A stretch of 64,000 bases of DNA, from contig NC_068998.1 of NCBI RefSeq assembly GCF_001194135.2, forward strand, positions 17,691,205 through 17,755,204. Direction: 5' to 3'. Both the position numbers and the translations under genes were made by a program. Positions 24,575-64,000 of the stretch are shown one piece after another (the first letter of the stretch is position 1; the number at the start of each line of letters is the position of its first letter). Source of the DNA: Octopus bimaculoides (Eukaryota). The notes under the pieces were generated by a model. The model did no database searches, was not told the origin of the DNA, and saw only the letters and a list, made by a program, of their open reading frames with translations.

Positions 24575-26057
24575 CCTAAAATGTACTAGGGTCTTTCAGT
24601 TTTGAATTTTCCCTGCTTTTAATAAATTGACTAAGAAAGATGAAATTAGCTATTATAAACTACATCCAAAAGTCGGAGCCTGGTTTAGAAGTTCCTGGAT
24701 TTTGAGGGGTGTGGAACCACCTTTTAGCTCCCATTTTTCCTAGGTCTACTCTGACCCAGAGTAGTAGCACCTGTCAAGATCCCAGCTATGAGTTAAATAG
24801 CATGTAACCACCTGGTCCAGGCTATGTTGAAATAATGGGATGCAACATGATGAATGTGAGTTATTTCAACAGATGAACTTATGGAGTCAATGGTAAATAT
24901 CACTAGATGCTAAGCAGATTAACAGACAACAAACTGTCAAGATCAAACCATTTCAGTAAGTGAAATACTGCTACCATCTGTACTCGTGGCATGCACAGAT
25001 GAGACATTTCAGCTAACAATGAACCACTGTGACTAAAACCTAGGCAGAGACATTCATGCTTCATCACTCAAATGGGATGTTTGGCATAGAAGAGTTACAG
25101 TGATCTGGGTCACTCAATAAAGATGATGACGTTCAAAATATTTAATTCACATTTATATGTATATCTTAATATTTAACATAAGTTTAATTATGCAAGCTAG
25201 ATAATAAAAAACCTTATATGTATATCTTATTAATATTTAATATAAGTTTAATTTATGCAAGTTGGATAATAAAAAGCCTTTTTTTTTATATAATCAATTT
25301 AAAGATACAGCATACCAATTCCATTTCTTTAAACAAGTGATAAATTTTGCTTGTTATAGAAATGCGTAGAGATGTGAATCAACACCAGAATATTACAGGT
25401 TCACTGAACATAGAAGGAAGAATAATGCAACAATAACTAAAAACCTACCAAATTAAAGCAAAATAAGGAAAAATTCAATCTGGTGTTCTACTATATATCT
25501 CTCCACATTTTTGAATAATATAAAACTATTAACTAGCATTAAAAATTTTGATTACAGGCTAAACATGACATTGACTAAAGACTAAATGTCTACATTTAGT
25601 TAATATAAACTTTAATACATATACAATTGGTTTCTTATATATTTCTCTCATTTCCACAGACAGCTAGTGAAGCACATAGCATAATGTGACTGGTCATAAA
25701 AAAAAAATACAGTATGCTATATGTATATATATATGTGCTATATACAGTGTGTTATATATATATATATTTACTTGTAGAATTTATCTTCAATAGACATAAT
25801 ATTTACACCAATTTTTTAAGATAATTCAGAAGCATTAATTTAATTTGATTTATATAGTTTCTATCAATTTTGTAGTATGTTTTTTCAAGCTGTTATATTA
25901 AGATACACACACAATCACGTGCACACACACACACACACACACTTGGTTGCACTCATAACTATTAGCAGCTGGGCTACCATCACTAATTTCAGTTCCCTAA
26001 TTCTCCAATATATATATATACACAGCACCAGACTCCAAATTCCACAGGGTAGATATT

Positions 26058-63836
<37,779 letters not shown>

Positions 63837-64000
63837 CTAAAAAACAAAAGTACAAAGCATTTTTTAATAATCAAAATTTTCATAAATTATAAACAAAATA
63901 ACACTTCTTTAGCAATGATTAATGCAAAAACAGTCAAAACAATTGTTATACATATTCTCAGACATCAGTCATTTCAACTATTTATCAAACATTATAAACA

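Overview
AT-rich eukaryotic genomic DNA, dense in microsatellites and SINEs, with eight assembly gaps (N runs). The repeat families resemble those of octopus/coleoid cephalopods; this is inferred from recognising the repeats, not proven. The window has four main components. (1) Most of a KIF23 (MKLP1/pavarotti, kinesin-6) gene on the minus strand: 20 coding exons from 63836 down to the stop codon at 26058, all GT-AG and phase-compatible (2457 nt, 818 aa plus stop), with the first exon(s) beyond the window end, plus a candidate optional 18-nt microexon. (2) An uninterrupted 331-aa ORF (7027-8022, +) for an unassigned Cys-rich protein with a likely signal peptide and a GPI-like tail, possibly preceded by a 9-nt first coding exon. 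(3) Many transposon relics: an RTE LINE with an inverted 5' half, a full-length decayed mariner, a Tigger/pogo element, piggyBac-, hAT-, mariner- and pogo-type MITEs, Helitron-like 3' ends and several SINE families. (4) Structured-RNA candidates: a type I hammerhead ribozyme with an intact core and a second mutated one in the same KIF23 intron, an 83-nt near-perfect hairpin and a ~210-bp-arm inverted repeat. There are no rRNA genes, genuine tRNA genes or CRISPR arrays. Repeat boundaries are approximate unless TIRs or TSDs are quoted. I found no unequivocally novel multi-gene system. The best leads are the orphan surface protein, the intronic hammerheads, the KIF23 microexon and the inverted RTE.
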